Assembly: GCF_009834535.1 (NCBI RefSeq)
Contig: NC_045713.1
Coordinates: forward strand, 34,534,001 to 34,598,000
Origin: Camelus ferus
Taxonomy: Eukaryota
Direction: 5' to 3'
Length of the DNA stretch: 64,000 nt
The position numbers and the translations under genes are program-made. Shown here one piece after another: positions 13,428 to 25,323 of this stretch. Below the pieces are notes generated by a model. The model was not told the origin of the DNA, made no database searches, and saw only the letters and a list, made by a program, of their open reading frames with translations. Position 1 is the stretch's first letter; each line of letters opens with the position of its first letter.

Positions 13428-14186
13428 TCTTTTTTATTGAAGTATAGTCAGTTTACATTGTTGTGTTAATTTCTGGTGTATGGCATACTGATTCAGTTAT
13501 ACACATATATTCCTTTTCATATTCTTTTTCGTTATAGGCTACTATAAGATATTGAATATAGTTCCCTGTGCTATACAGTAGGACCTTATTGTTCATCTAT
13601 TTTATATATAGTAATTTGTATCTGCAAATCCCAAACTCCCAGTTTATCCCTTCCCACCCACCCCCTTTCCCCTCTGGTAACCGTAAGTTTGTTTCCTATG
13701 TCTGTGAGTCTGTTTCTGTTTTGTACATAANNNNNNNNNNNNNNNNNNNNNNNNNNNNNNNNNNNNNNNNNNNNNNNNNNNNNNNNNNNNNNNNNNNNNN
13801 NNNNNNNNNNNNNNNNNNNNNNNNNNNNNNNNNNNNNNNNNNNNNNNNNNNNNNNNNNNNNNNNNNNNNNNNNNNNNNNNNNNNNNNNNNNNNNNNNNNN
13901 NNNNNNNNNNNNNNNNNNNNNNNNNNNNNCTATTGATGGACATTAGGTTGCTTCCATGTCTTGGCAATTGTAAACAATGCTGTTAATGAACATTGAGGTG
14001 TATGTGTGTTTTCAAATTAGAGTTTCCTCCGGATACATGCCCAGGAGCGGGATTGCTAGATCATGTGGTAAGTCTATTTTTAGTCTTTTGAGGAATCTCC
14101 ATACTTTTTCCCATAATGGCTGCACCAAACTGCATTCCCACCAGCAGTGTAGGAAGTTTCCCTTTTCTCCACAGCCTCTCCAGCTT
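13428..14186 (-). mobile_element. L1 3' end, cetartiodactyl/camelid type (contains N gap 13731-13929)
   Basis: ttttttattgaagtatagtcagtttacattg...gttccctgtgctatacagtagg...ccttttctccacagcctctccagc. Confidence 0.9.
13731..13929. other. Assembly gap (199 N)
   Basis: Run of N inside an L1. Confidence 1.
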
Positions 14187-14869
14187 GTCACACACACTCA
14201 CAGAGTCTCCAGAGAATCTGGCTTAGAGATCATGGATTCAGCATGGCTAAAATTGAAATACAGCCTTGTGCTAGGGCAGCACCCACAGGGCTTGCCTTGG
14301 TCCAGACACCCTGGTCCAGCTGCTGGCAACTGGCAAAGGATGTGATGGCAAGAATCTCTGCCTTTCTTGCCTCTGAGTGTTCCTGCCACCTCTCTCTGCT
14401 GAGCCATCTTCTCCTTCAAAGTCATGCACAGATATGACTGATCGGAGGCATTCATGCCATGTGCCTGTGTCTTCGCTTTAAAAACTGCCAGGAAAAAAAG
14501 TTTTAAGCTTCTGCCCATAAAGTGGGGAAATCTCTCAACAAAGAAAGGTTATACAAAGGAGCAGAGTGGTCAGAGAGAATTTTAAAATGCCCACTCATCT
14601 CCTAAGACAGATTTTGGGGGTTAAGTTCATTGCATCTAGGGCCCCCATCCAGGATTTCTTCTACTTTTCCCCTCTTCTCAGATTAGCTTCAGTTTCCACC
14701 CATCTCCTCCACGTTCTTTAGCCCTCAAAGCATCTGCTGTATGACCAACCACTCCCCGCCACCAGCCCCTCAGGAAGAGCGTACTTCTGAGAATGGAACC
14801 CACGTTATTGGTAGTGCAAACTTTGTTTTCCTTTTTCCCGAAGAGCAGGGAGTCTCTGGTTTATAAAAA

Positions 14870-15485
14870 TGTTAGAGCAGGCAGGTAGCTAGATATGAAT
14901 AGAGAAAGGGGTACATGGGCCAAATGGCAGAAAACCGTACATCTTGTGAACAACAGGAGTCCTTGGACAGACCAAGAAAAATAGGATCCTCTGGACTAAT
15001 AAAAAACCATAACTTCTGGGTTGTTAAGTGTCCTGGAGGCAGAAGGGTGGGACAGAACAGGGATCCCCACCATCCGAATGTAACCTTTCAATCGTTACAT
15101 CCTCCATCTAAATGTAACCTTTTGCTTACGATACCCCTAGCCAAATGTAAACTTTTGTTCATTAAGACCTTATCCAACTTCCCGATCAAGACTAAATAAG
15201 GAGAAAAAAAAAATCTCTCCTCCTGACCTGGGAAGGTGGAGCTGGGATGAAGATTAGGAAAGTTGACCCCAAACCCTTCCCTCCCCAATGAATATTCTGC
15301 CTATTCATTTTTACACCCATGTAATGAGCTTGCCAAGGAAACTCGGGGCAGCTACCCATCTGGGTCTGCCCACTCTTTCCTTGAGAGCGTATTATCTTTC
15401 CCTTAATAAATCCTTGCTTTGCTCTCTTGACCTCAGTGTCTTGTTTCTGAATTCTTTCTGTCACAAGAACCTCTTACCCACAACA
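14870..15485 (+). mobile_element. ERV1-type solo LTR, 616 bp
   Basis: TGTT...AACA termini, 4-bp AAAA flanks on both sides, AATAAA at 15405-15410. Confidence 0.8.
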
Positions 15486-16639
15486 AAAACACATGGCAAG
15501 AAGTAGGAAAAAAAATCGAGAGAGAATATGAGATGAGCAATTCATATTATAACAGGTCAGATCCCCAGCTCATCTAGGAACCCACATTGAAAACAAATTG
15601 GTTTAAATAGCAACAAGACAGCTTTCTGATTTTCAGGCTTGTGGCAACATGGAATTCTTTTCCTGGGGGGATCTCTGGAGAACTGGCTGGATCCACCAAG
15701 CTGGCCAGCAGAACTGCGACATAGTTGGGTGTGGAGATGGAGAAATAGATCACACGGCTTTCACGTGTCCCTGTTAGCCTTGCTTGCACGTTGCTGGCGC
15801 GCAGCCCCAACCTCCACCGGATGACGAGGCAAAGCTAGACACTCCAGCGAGTCCCGGCACACAACTGCACGCGCGCCTGATGGGGGAACAAAGTCAGCTG
15901 GAGCCAGGAACAAAGGACGGCTTCTTGTTGTGGGTTAACTGCTGCCTGTTATCCCCGCTCCAACTCAGATAAGTTTTGCGATTGCTGGAGAAATTGAAAT
16001 CGCCAAAGAGAGAAGTTGGGGAGATGCCCTGATGTTTTCTCTGACTCTTACTTAAACATTGGCAACTTTGCTGAGACTGTGAATATGACTGGGGCTCAGC
16101 CCTTTCTCCCTTTGTAGTCTATGAAAATTAACTTAGTCCGCAGGGGCTGCAATCACAGCCAGAACCCCCAAGTGTGGGCTCTTCCTCCACACTGACAAAA
16201 ATAACCATTAATTAGGCTGCAACACCCAAAGGAATGTGAACTTACACCACCAATCGCTGGGCGGCATGCAAAATGTTGCCATGACAACCGGCATTTACTG
16301 GCTCTTCACTTTTAATATACCAAAGGCTAGGGATAATTTCCCAGTGAGAATCCATGAGGGTGGATTTTTCTCCCCCTCCTCATTCTTTCTGCCAGTCTTT
16401 TGCCAGTACGGGAGCTCTATTACTGTGGCAACAGGTTTAAAAGGAAGAGAAGGCTTGTGAGAGCATTGAACACCAGGCATGGTACTCCTGGAAGTGCCGT
16501 ATGCCTCAGGAGGCCCAGGGAGGGTGCACGGTGTTCTTCTCAGAGTCTCATTGGGAAGAACTTGGAGGCAGGTGAAGTGTGAGCTATGAATCTTAGTCCT
16601 CATTTCCAGGTGAATTTTCTGTTTTCATGAAATTTCCTT

Positions 16640-16950
16640 CCTTCCTCTCTTCCTCCCTCCCTCTCTCCCTCCTTCTGCCCTTACTTAACTCTGCCTCTCT
16701 GCCTCCTTCCTTCCTCCCTTCCTCCTTTTCCTCACGTTCTTCTTCTTTTGTTGAGTGCTTACCCTGTACCAGGCACGTAATATGCATCATCTCTTTACTC
16801 TTCATGACTGCACTGTAAAATAAATATTATTCTTATTTTACAGATGAGGACACTGAGATTAATAGAGGTTGAATGTCCTAATCACACAGTAAGTTGCAGA
16901 TCCTGGATTTGAACCAAGTCACATCTCACAATCCAGGGCCCTCATACTTT
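16640..16950. repeat. CT-rich simple repeat followed by a minus-strand MIR
   Basis: (ccttc/cctc)n 16640-16750, then ttttacagatgaggacactgag...ctggatttgaacc. Confidence 0.65.
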
Positions 16951-17034
16951 CCGTCTGCTTGGTATTGTTAAAAACAAAGTCTCTCTCTGTAAAAGTAAGT
17001 ATGTTTAGTGTTATCATCATTTCCCTTAGCACCA

Positions 17035-17410
17035 TGTATCAGTCAGCTATTGCTGCATAACAAATATCTACAAAATCTCTATGGCATAAAATAATAAGCA
17101 TCTATTTCACTTCAGGATAGAGTGACTTTGATCCTCATGTGTTTATCTGGGGCCCAGGCTGAAGGGGAAGCAACTGCCCATGGGAAGCTCTTCTCAGTGT
17201 GATAGCAGAGTCATTGAGGGTCTGCTTAACCACACAAGCACATTTCAAATCTCCCTCACACCATGTCTGCTAATATCCCATTGGCCAAAGCTAGTTGCTT
17301 GGTTAAGCCCAAAGTCAGAATAGAAAATAAACCTTCTCTTTTGTGGGAGGAATCGCAAAGTTTTATGGCAAGGGTGTAGATACAGAGAAGGGTGAAGAAC
17401 TGGGGCTCAA
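17035..17410 (-). mobile_element. MLT1J/K-like MaLR LTR
   Basis: tgtatcagtcagctattgctgcataacaaa...cccattggccaaagc. Confidence 0.7.
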
Positions 17411-18764
17411 AAGCTCATATATTTGTTGTCATTGTCATCATCATCATCATCCTCCTCCTCATCTTTATTATTGTCATCAAGTGTGTGGACCAGGCCTCTC
17501 TGTACCTTGATCTATGTTTAAAGAATAAGTGATTTCTTTGCAAAGTTCTTCAAGAGCACAAGTCATTTTTGGAGCAGCTAGTTGTTCAACTAGATTGTTT
17601 TCCATTAAAAAAATTTTTTAAAGGACCTCATATATTGGTTTATCACAAATTTAAAGAGTATTGTGGTGGTCACAGTTCATATAAGAAGTTTGTTTTGAAT
17701 TACGATGTATTTTACTTTATGCATCTAAAAACCAAATTTTTCTGAGGTGGGATTCATAGACTTCACCAGAAAGCCAAAGACTTCCTTTGAATGAAAGTGT
17801 TTAAGCTCCCTTGGTCTTCATCATGTTCTCCCCCCTGCACAAGACATCAACTTGTTCCTAATCACAGCTCTACACAAGCTTTACTGCTGACAAAGTCTCT
17901 TTCCCCCATCTTACATTTCATCTGCATAGCCATGGGGTGACCTACCCAGGACTGAAGGTGAGGTTTCTGATAGCCATTCTTTTGGTAAATGAGTCATTTA
18001 CCAGAAATTGTAATCATTTCGGTATCTGAACCTAATACGTGAGGAGTGATCAGTGTTACTTTGAGAATAACCTGAAAATATAAGAAAGCAGACTCATTTT
18101 TTTTCAAAGAAATAAAAGCGATTTAAATTTTGTATGCATGCTGTAAAATTCTACATTTGCAAACCTCAAAATGTTAAAAACCTTATTTGTTCAGAAACAA
18201 ATCCAGAAGAAGGAAAAACTTGAATTGTGAACTACATTGAAAATGCAGGGTAATTTCTTATAGCTTCAGCCAGGTACACTAATTAAGCTAACAGAATATT
18301 GCCTGTTGGAGATCGTTAGAGGACCTGCTTCACTGAGCAGATCATGATGAAAAGCATTGAAACAGATCAATTTTGATGACAACTGAACAACAAAGTGCTC
18401 ACAAAAAGTTTGCTTAAACATTCCTTTGTAATTTGTTTATCTATTACTGTAATCTGAGGGAAATACCTGTCTTCTTTTCATAGAGTCTTCCTTGCCACTC
18501 TGTCTCCAGCATTTAGCACAACACCTGGTATAGGTATATGCTCAATAAATATTAACTGAATGAATGAATGGGAATTTTTGGAAGGGCAAATCCCAGCTCT
18601 GGAATAGCTGAGATGGTTCACAGAGCCTGAATCCATGAGTTTGTCTCTGTTTGTAGGTAGCTCTGCAGAGAGAGGTGGGGGCAGAGCTGGAGTAAGCGGA
18701 AAAGCAGCAGACGAACAAGGCCATTCTTGTTGCAATGATTCATTGGTACCCAGCAATTATTTGT

Positions 18765-18912
18765 NNNNNNNNNNNNNNNNNNNNNNNNNNNNNNNNNNNN
18801 NNNNNNNNNNNNNNNNNNNNNNNNNNNNNNNNNNNNNNNNNNNNNNNNNNNNNNNNNNNNNNNNNNNNNNNNNNNNNNNNNNNNNNNNNNNNNNNNNNNN
18901 NNNNNNNNNNNN
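18765..18912. other. Assembly gap (148 N)
   Basis: Run of N. Confidence 1.
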
Positions 18913-19081
18913 TGCTTCGTACATCCCTCTGGTCTGGCCAAGGCTGTCCTCATAGCACGGAAATGGTGGTAGACTTGGGGGGAATCATAGCATGTGAGTT
19001 GCTTGGTGATGGGTGGATTTCAGTTGCTTCCTCCAAAATTACCTCTGTGTGGATGGGGGTGTGAAAGAAGGCACATGCAGA

Positions 19082-19113
<32 letters not shown>

Positions 19114-19123
19114 ACACACACAC
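19082..19123. repeat. (CA)n microsatellite
   Basis: About 20 CA units with one interruption. Confidence 0.95.
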
Positions 19124-19609
19124 CCTTGGGCTTGCAGTGCCAGGAGAATCCAGCGGGGAGGTCTCCATAAGGAAGCCAGAACATGCCCCTTTCCACTTTC
19201 GTGTCATGCTTTTGAACTTTTCCAGTGTTCTCTCTCACCTAATGTGCTGGTTGGCCTTACTGCAACCTTGTGCAATTATGAAGCAGATGCGCAAATGGAA
19301 ACATAGACACAGAGAGAAGTGACTTGCCAGTGGTCATAGAAAATGCAGAGCTGGGGCTCAATACTACTTCTGGGTCTTCCCCTGGCTCCTCTATCTCCCC
19401 TCTCCCACCTCTCCGCCCTCCATCCTCCCTGCCTCTTCCTCTTCCCTGGCCACATTTCCTCCTCCATCTCCTCCCCTCTGTATCTCCACTCTCGTCAGTG
19501 CCTTCCCTTCCTACTGATCTTGCTCTCCCTTTGCATATGGCAGGAGATGGCTTCAACAAATACCTTAAATTGGATTTTTAAAAATCAGTCTTTGCTAACT
19601 TAGGAAGTG

Positions 19610-21390
19610 ACCAGGTTCTGGTCTCAGGTTTTGGGGGAGGTGGGGGAGGAGTGGGGCAAGGAGACTGCACAGGAGGGACTGCAACTCTGAGGACCATCTG
19701 AACAGCTGGCTGAAGAAGTGAGTGAAGAAGAAATGAGTGAGATGAGGGAGAGAATGAAAACCGTACCTCAGTTGCTCCAGAGTCACGATTTGACTGAGTT
19801 CCGGGGAAAGTGATGAAGGAGAGGGAGGCGTGCGGTGAAGGAGGGCTCCCCACAGGGCAGTGCGGGGACCCAGGGACATCTCCTGGGACTCCCAGCTGGG
19901 CTCCCACTGATTTTCCACAGGAGCCCGAGCCAAGCAGGGCTGACAGAGCGCAGAGGAGTCGCAGCACCTGGCCCGGATGGAAGGAGGCGCCTACTGGGTG
20001 GTGCACAGAGCAAAGGATGAGAAAACTGATGGAACTGTGGCTCTGAAGGGGCTGAAGGTGGAGAAGAAGAAAGATCACGTCACTGGGGAGGTCACTGGGA
20101 GGTCACTCAAGGCCCAGCCCCCCGACATCGTCCCCGTCAGTGGAACGGTTGCAGGCAGCCACACGACAAGACATGGCGGCGAGCTGCATGGGCTGATGGA
20201 GACCATGGGGCAGCCTTTCCTGCCGAGAGGGGAAGACCCCGGAGCTCTGGCTGCGGCACCACGTGAAGTGTCTACAGGACAGACTGGATCCAGCACAGAC
20301 ATCCAGCCTGCCTTTGGGCCATGAGGGTGTCCTCCAGGTGACAGTACACGTGGTCGGCGTGACCCTGTGGTGCTGCAGCCCAGAACGGCTGCCTGGAGCC
20401 AAAGAATAGGACATGAGGTTGGGGGAGCCACATCTTTGGGGAGCTGCTAACTCTGAAGCCCCTGTTCCCTGGGAAGTTGGAAATTGACCAGATTGACAAA
20501 GTGTTTGAGGACCTGGGGACACCTGGTGAGAAAATGTGGCCTGGCTACGATGACCTCCGCGAAGTGAAGAAGATGACCTTCATCTTCTGTTAACAACCTT
20601 CCCTCTCCGACCAGGCCTTCCGCCTTGGGACCTCCTTCCCGGGGCGGAGGGGCAACTTGGAAGACCGCCTCAAGTACGAGGACTTCCGTGAAACCCCCTA
20701 GTCCCAAGGCCCCTGCTGCTCCCCATGTGGGTAGCAGCAAAGTGTGAAAGGCAGCAACAGCCTGAGGCCCCCGAGGGAGGCCTGGGCTGGACTGGGTGGG
20801 CGACGGCCGCCGCAACCCTGGGGGCCTCAGCGGCAGGCCTCGACTTCAGCCTCAGGTTCTGATGTTCCGAGTGGACCCCAGACAAACCCCAAGGAGCACC
20901 AGCTGGTGGGGCTCAGCCAAAACCAGGGGCAGGAGCTGGAAACCGAGGGCGACTCAGTCCAGACCCAGAGCCTGCCCTGACTGGACGCAGCCGCTCGTGG
21001 TCGGAGCTGCCCTCGGTCGTGACCTCAGAGGCTTGGACGGCTGGTCTTGTTTGGTTTCCCACGTTCTGTTTTTAATTGAAGTAGAGCTGATTTACAATGT
21101 TGTCTTAGTTTCTGATGTACAGCACAGTAATTCAGTTATATATGTATATTCTTTTCCAGATTCTTTTCCATGATAGGTTATTACAAGATATGAATATAGT
21201 TCTCTGTGCTGTCCAGTCAGAAACAGACTCACAGACATTAGAAAGAAAACTCTTAGGGTTTCCAGAAAGGGAAAAGGGCAGGGATAAATGAGCTTGGAAT
21301 TAACAAATACACACCTTTTGTTTTTATTTTATCTTGGCTCGTAAATTTGTAGAATTAGATCATGTTTTTCCTTCTTGTGGAAAAACAACA
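19610..21390 (+). pseudogene. CDK11B: 5'-truncated processed pseudogene of CDK11 (PITSLRE kinase)
   Basis: Continuous intronless similarity: [120 protein letters not shown] (20860-20862). A CDK11-like 3'UTR follows (gagtggacccc; gtaaatttgtagaatta) and an A-rich remnant at ~21381. Frameshifts, stops and deletions throughout. Confidence 0.92.
21069..21314 (-). mobile_element. Short L1 3' fragment with 5' inversion, inside the CDK11 pseudogene 3'UTR
   Basis: Antisense L1 tail 21069-21217 joined to a sense-oriented upstream L1 segment 21218-21314. Confidence 0.8.
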
Positions 21391-21962
21391 TTGCCTTTAC
21401 TCATCTGTTCCCCTCCTGCTCTCACTCCTCCTCTTCCTCGATACGCTCTCCACTCGCCTCATCCATCAGCTTCCCCTCCAGCTTCTTCGTTTTCTACCGC
21501 TCCCTCTACTGTGTCCGTCTTTTCTGTCGCCTCCCAGCCTCCCCTTCGCAGTATCCTTGGTCTTTATTCTTTGTATCCAAGGATCATTTGCAAAAGCTAA
21601 CACTTATTATGGAAACAGACTTTAGTTTGGGAGCAGCCCATTTAGAAATCAAAATTAGAGTGAAAACTTGGCTCTGGTACTTATAAATTCTGCAAAGATA
21701 CAGAATTTCTCTGAGCCTCAGAGTCCATATCCATAATACAGATTTCCTTAAAGGATGGCTGTGAATGGTCAGCCTTTAATTGCAACTCTAATCGCAACGA
21801 GGACTAAAAGTCATGTGAATTATAACTGCAATGCTTCAAAAGTGGGCATGTGTCCAGGAGAGGGCTGGGAAGGAATACTGAAAAGCTGGAAATGGCTGGT
21901 TAGGGTGATTTTTTTTTTCTTCTTCAAAATTTTCTTTAATAATGTTGTTTCATTGTATTTCT

Positions 21963-22680
21963 ATGGTTCTCAACTCTGTCAGGTCCAATGGCCTTTTTTT
22001 TTTCCATAACAAATATTTTGTGACATCTCCTTACTATTCTGAAATGAAATTCATAGGTTATATAACTCACTTACACATAATTTCATAAAAATTTAATAGA
22101 ATGCTCTAACTGTATTATCAAAGAAGATAAAAGTAATTTGTATAAAATAATACATATTTCAGTATGTAACGGTTTGACTGAGAATAGAGAAGAGAAGGTG
22201 AAGGTGGATGCTTGAATCTCTGTCTAGAGTCGCCATGAATGGGATGCTGACAAAAGCCAATGGATACGGATGGATTTTACTGAGGACCCTAATACTTTGA
22301 GTGGCATTGTCACCGTGATGGGGTTTCCTGAAATAGTGAGTAAACTGCTGATGAAGTTCTGAAGAAAGCAAAGCGAGGTTTGCAATTTAGTCCACAGACG
22401 TTTCAGTGTAAATTAAGGCTGCAAAATAACTTGGTGTTTGCAGGGAAAGTAGAATTTATAAATAAGTTTTTCATCGACTGAGTGTCCAGAGGAACATTAG
22501 AAAGTCAACCAGGATGTGGGGCAATTCTGCATGGGCTGAAGTCATCCCTTCTGAGGCATGGACCCCACCCTCTAAATGTCCATCGCGTCCCACCCCCGCC
22601 GCTGGGAGCCCTGAAAGCCATTGGACACATTTCCAGAACGCCTCCTGGGAGGTGGGATCTCCCCTGCTGAGGCTGCAGCT
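21963..22680. mobile_element. hAT-Charlie element (MER20B-like)
   Basis: atggttctcaactc start, MER20-like end cacatttccagaacgcctcctgggagg...gctgagg. Confidence 0.5.
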
Positions 22681-23476
22681 GTATTTTCATTACAAAATAA
22701 AAAGCCAATCCTAGTGCTTTGCGAAAGCTTTGACAACCTCTGGGCTGGTGTCATTCTCTCTTTGAGGCTAAAAGCAGCAAGAATAGTGGCTCTGATCCCA
22801 CATCTAGAAAATTGAAAGTGAACCGATTTTTTATCATCTAACCTGACAGGTTCAGCACATCTCTCTTGTCACATTCCTGTCTGTCCTCAGAGTGGTTGAA
22901 CAAAATCTTTCCACGGATCCATGTTATTGCTAATAGGATTTGTCTCAGACTGAGCGTTCAGCCTCCCCTGCTTTCCCGAGACCTTGGTGGATACTGTCCT
23001 CTCTTCCCTGAGCTCAACCTTCATTGTATTTCAGCTAATGAATTAATTCCCTGCCAGATGGTGGGGGAAAACAAACCCCCCAGGAGAGAATGATGGTGCT
23101 GTTACCGAAGGCTGGAGCGGTCAGGACCAGTCTGGATTCAAGCCAGGCACTCCTAAGGTGAGACTAATAGGTTTGCCACAGACAGCCCCGCCTGGACAAA
23201 GCAGTCGTTCTAGGATGCTGGAACTCTCCAGCGGCAAACAAGTGTTGGTCCATGCGATGGGCTTTGTGGAAATCTCTTCTGACATCTGATGTCCTGTCTG
23301 CTTCAGAGTTGCAGGAATCTCAGTGGGGCTTGGGATTTCAAAAGGAAAAAGGTTGACTCAAGTGGAGAATTTAAGTTTCTTGAAAAAAAAACAAACAACT
23401 CTCTGTTCACCCTGTGATTCCCGCATTATCCTGGTGGCTGAATCCTTGCTTCTAAGCCTTTTTCCCTGGATTATAT

Positions 23477-23855
23477 TATTGCTGAAAACAAGACAGCACA
23501 GATTCCCAAATGGTGTCCCTTATGCTAAGCCCCATGTCACCAAACTGAGACAACTTCATCACAGTTTCCGCTCTCGCAAAAATGGAATCTTCAGGCGGTC
23601 AATCAGGAATTGCCTAATTGGTCGTCTGCTGATGGACCCTGCCATCTCCTAAAGGAAGGGACCTGGCCACAGCCAATCCTAGGCCATCTAGTCTAACTTC
23701 TTGGTTCCCGCTCCCTTCTGCCTAACAAAGTCTTACATTTTGTACAGCTCCTCAGAGCTCCTTCCTCCGCGCTGAATGCTGCCTGATTCATGAATCACTG
23801 AATAAAGCCAATGCGATCTTTAACATTTACTCAGTTGGATTTTTGGTTTTTCACA
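23477..23855 (+). mobile_element. ERV1 LTR (MER34/MER39-like)
   Basis: gctgcctgattcatgaatcactgaataaagccaat...ttttggtttttcaca end. Same family as 28378-28756 in the opposite orientation. Confidence 0.7.
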
Positions 23856-24091
23856 TGATCTTTAGAGTTTCTTTCAGTTGCTCATTCAAGACTTTGGACT
23901 AATTCACCGGTTCGTTTAGAGCCTGAAAGGGAGGTACAGCCCTACCCTAGACTTTCGTCCCTCCTCACCTCCCACCGAAGTGTTCTCTTGTAATACTTCC
24001 CTGGGTTTAGTTCCAGCCAACCACTTAAATATTATCTAAAGATCATTTCAAAGTAGAAAAAATTCTAGATCTGGGCAGAAAGGACTCAGTC

Positions 24092-24126
24092 TGTGTGTGT
24101 GTGTGTGTGTGTGTATGTGTGTGTGT
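24092..24126. repeat. (TG)n microsatellite
   Basis: About 17 TG units with one interruption. Confidence 0.95.
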
Positions 24127-24446
24127 AGGCAAGAAATTCTGCCCTAGTTCCTCTAGGATTTGGTATTACATGAATCCTGGTGGACATCTGTGAACCACAG
24201 TGTGATTACTTGCGCAAATAATGTACCATCTCTGAGGATCTTTTCGTTCACCTGTGAAACAGAGGCAATAATCGTGCTGCAGAGGATGAAAAATAATTTT
24301 CCCTTACCGTTCTAGGTTCTTGGCTGAGACTCCCCTGTAATAGAAGACAGATTAACAGGAGAAAAGCAAACAGAAGTTTAATAATACGTACACCTCCTGT
24401 GCATGGGAAATATCCAGTAAAATTAAGTCCCTGAAATGGCCCAAAC

Positions 24447-24991
24447 TGTTAGGTAGTTAGATAAGTGGGGGCACTGGGCAGATGGGTGGAGGAGAGGGAG
24501 GATGTGATGGTCCAGAAGCTGGTGCTATGCCTGCCTCCAGCATAAAGGGATTTTACTTCTTCTAAATGAGTGCCAGCAAGAAGCCGATTAGAACCGACAG
24601 TCATGACTGCGTGGTAGCAGAAAGGACTTAACCAGACACGAGCAATGCTCATTTTATTATAATTAACATTGCGGTTTAAGCACCTCCCACCACCACGGGC
24701 TTTTCTGTATACGCCATGGGTAAGGACATGCGCAAAGGGGCCAAATATGACTAAGCATTGCAGGGACAAGAGCCATCAATCAATCAAAAGACCACCTCTA
24801 AGCAAGGATAAGAGAGAAAGGGGAGACAAAACTCTGATTTTGGATCAGCCAGCCTCCCATTCTTGAAGGTGTATTTTTCCTTTTCTAAATAAATCTTCTA
24901 AAATCTTTTGTTACACAATGCACTGTCTCCCGACTATAAACTTATCTTTCAGGTAGGACAAGAACTGGGGTCTTTGCCTTTTGGAGTAACA
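24447..24991 (+). mobile_element. ERV1-type solo LTR, 545 bp
   Basis: TGTTA...TAACA termini, perfect TSD AAAC (24443-24446 and 24992-24995), AATAAA at 24888-24893. Confidence 0.88.
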
Positions 24992-25158
24992 AAACAATTA
25001 TCTTAAATACTATTTCCAGCTAAAGACAAAAGAAAAGAAATGTTTGAGGATGGAGAGGTGGTCAGTTACGGAAAGTTATCAGGTAAAGCACAGCAAACAA
25101 GGGTACCATTGCCGTACAGATGTAAGTCAAGTCTTCTTCACAGGTAAGAGTTTCTTGT

Positions 25159-25323
25159 AGGGTGAAGGTCATAGCTCAGTGGTAGAGCTCATGCTTAGCA
25201 TGCACAAGGTCCTGGGTTCAATCCCCAGTACCTCCAACGAAGAAAAAGTCTCTGAGTTCCCTAACCCATTGTCACTTTCAACCATAAAATTGGCTCTATT
25301 TTTAAAAAAAGAGAAAAAAAGAA
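25159..25323 (+). mobile_element. tRNA-Ala-derived camelid SINE (vic-1-like) with atypical 3' extension
   Basis: A box TAGCTCAGTGG 25172-25182, CTTAGCAT anticodon loop, B box GGTTCAATCCC 25215-25225, A tail. TSD aagagt(t/g)tcttgt at 25146-25158 and 25324-25336. Confidence 0.88.

Noticed and set aside
19810-20815. ORFs at 19810-20046, 19977-20324 and 20447-20815 as functional kinase or new proteins
   Set aside because: They are frameshifted fragments or antisense shadows of the CDK11 pseudogene, with catalytic HRD/DFG motifs deleted.
25159-25236. tRNA-Ala(AGC) gene
   Set aside because: The acceptor stem is imperfect, and the A tail and target-site duplication identify it as a SINE.
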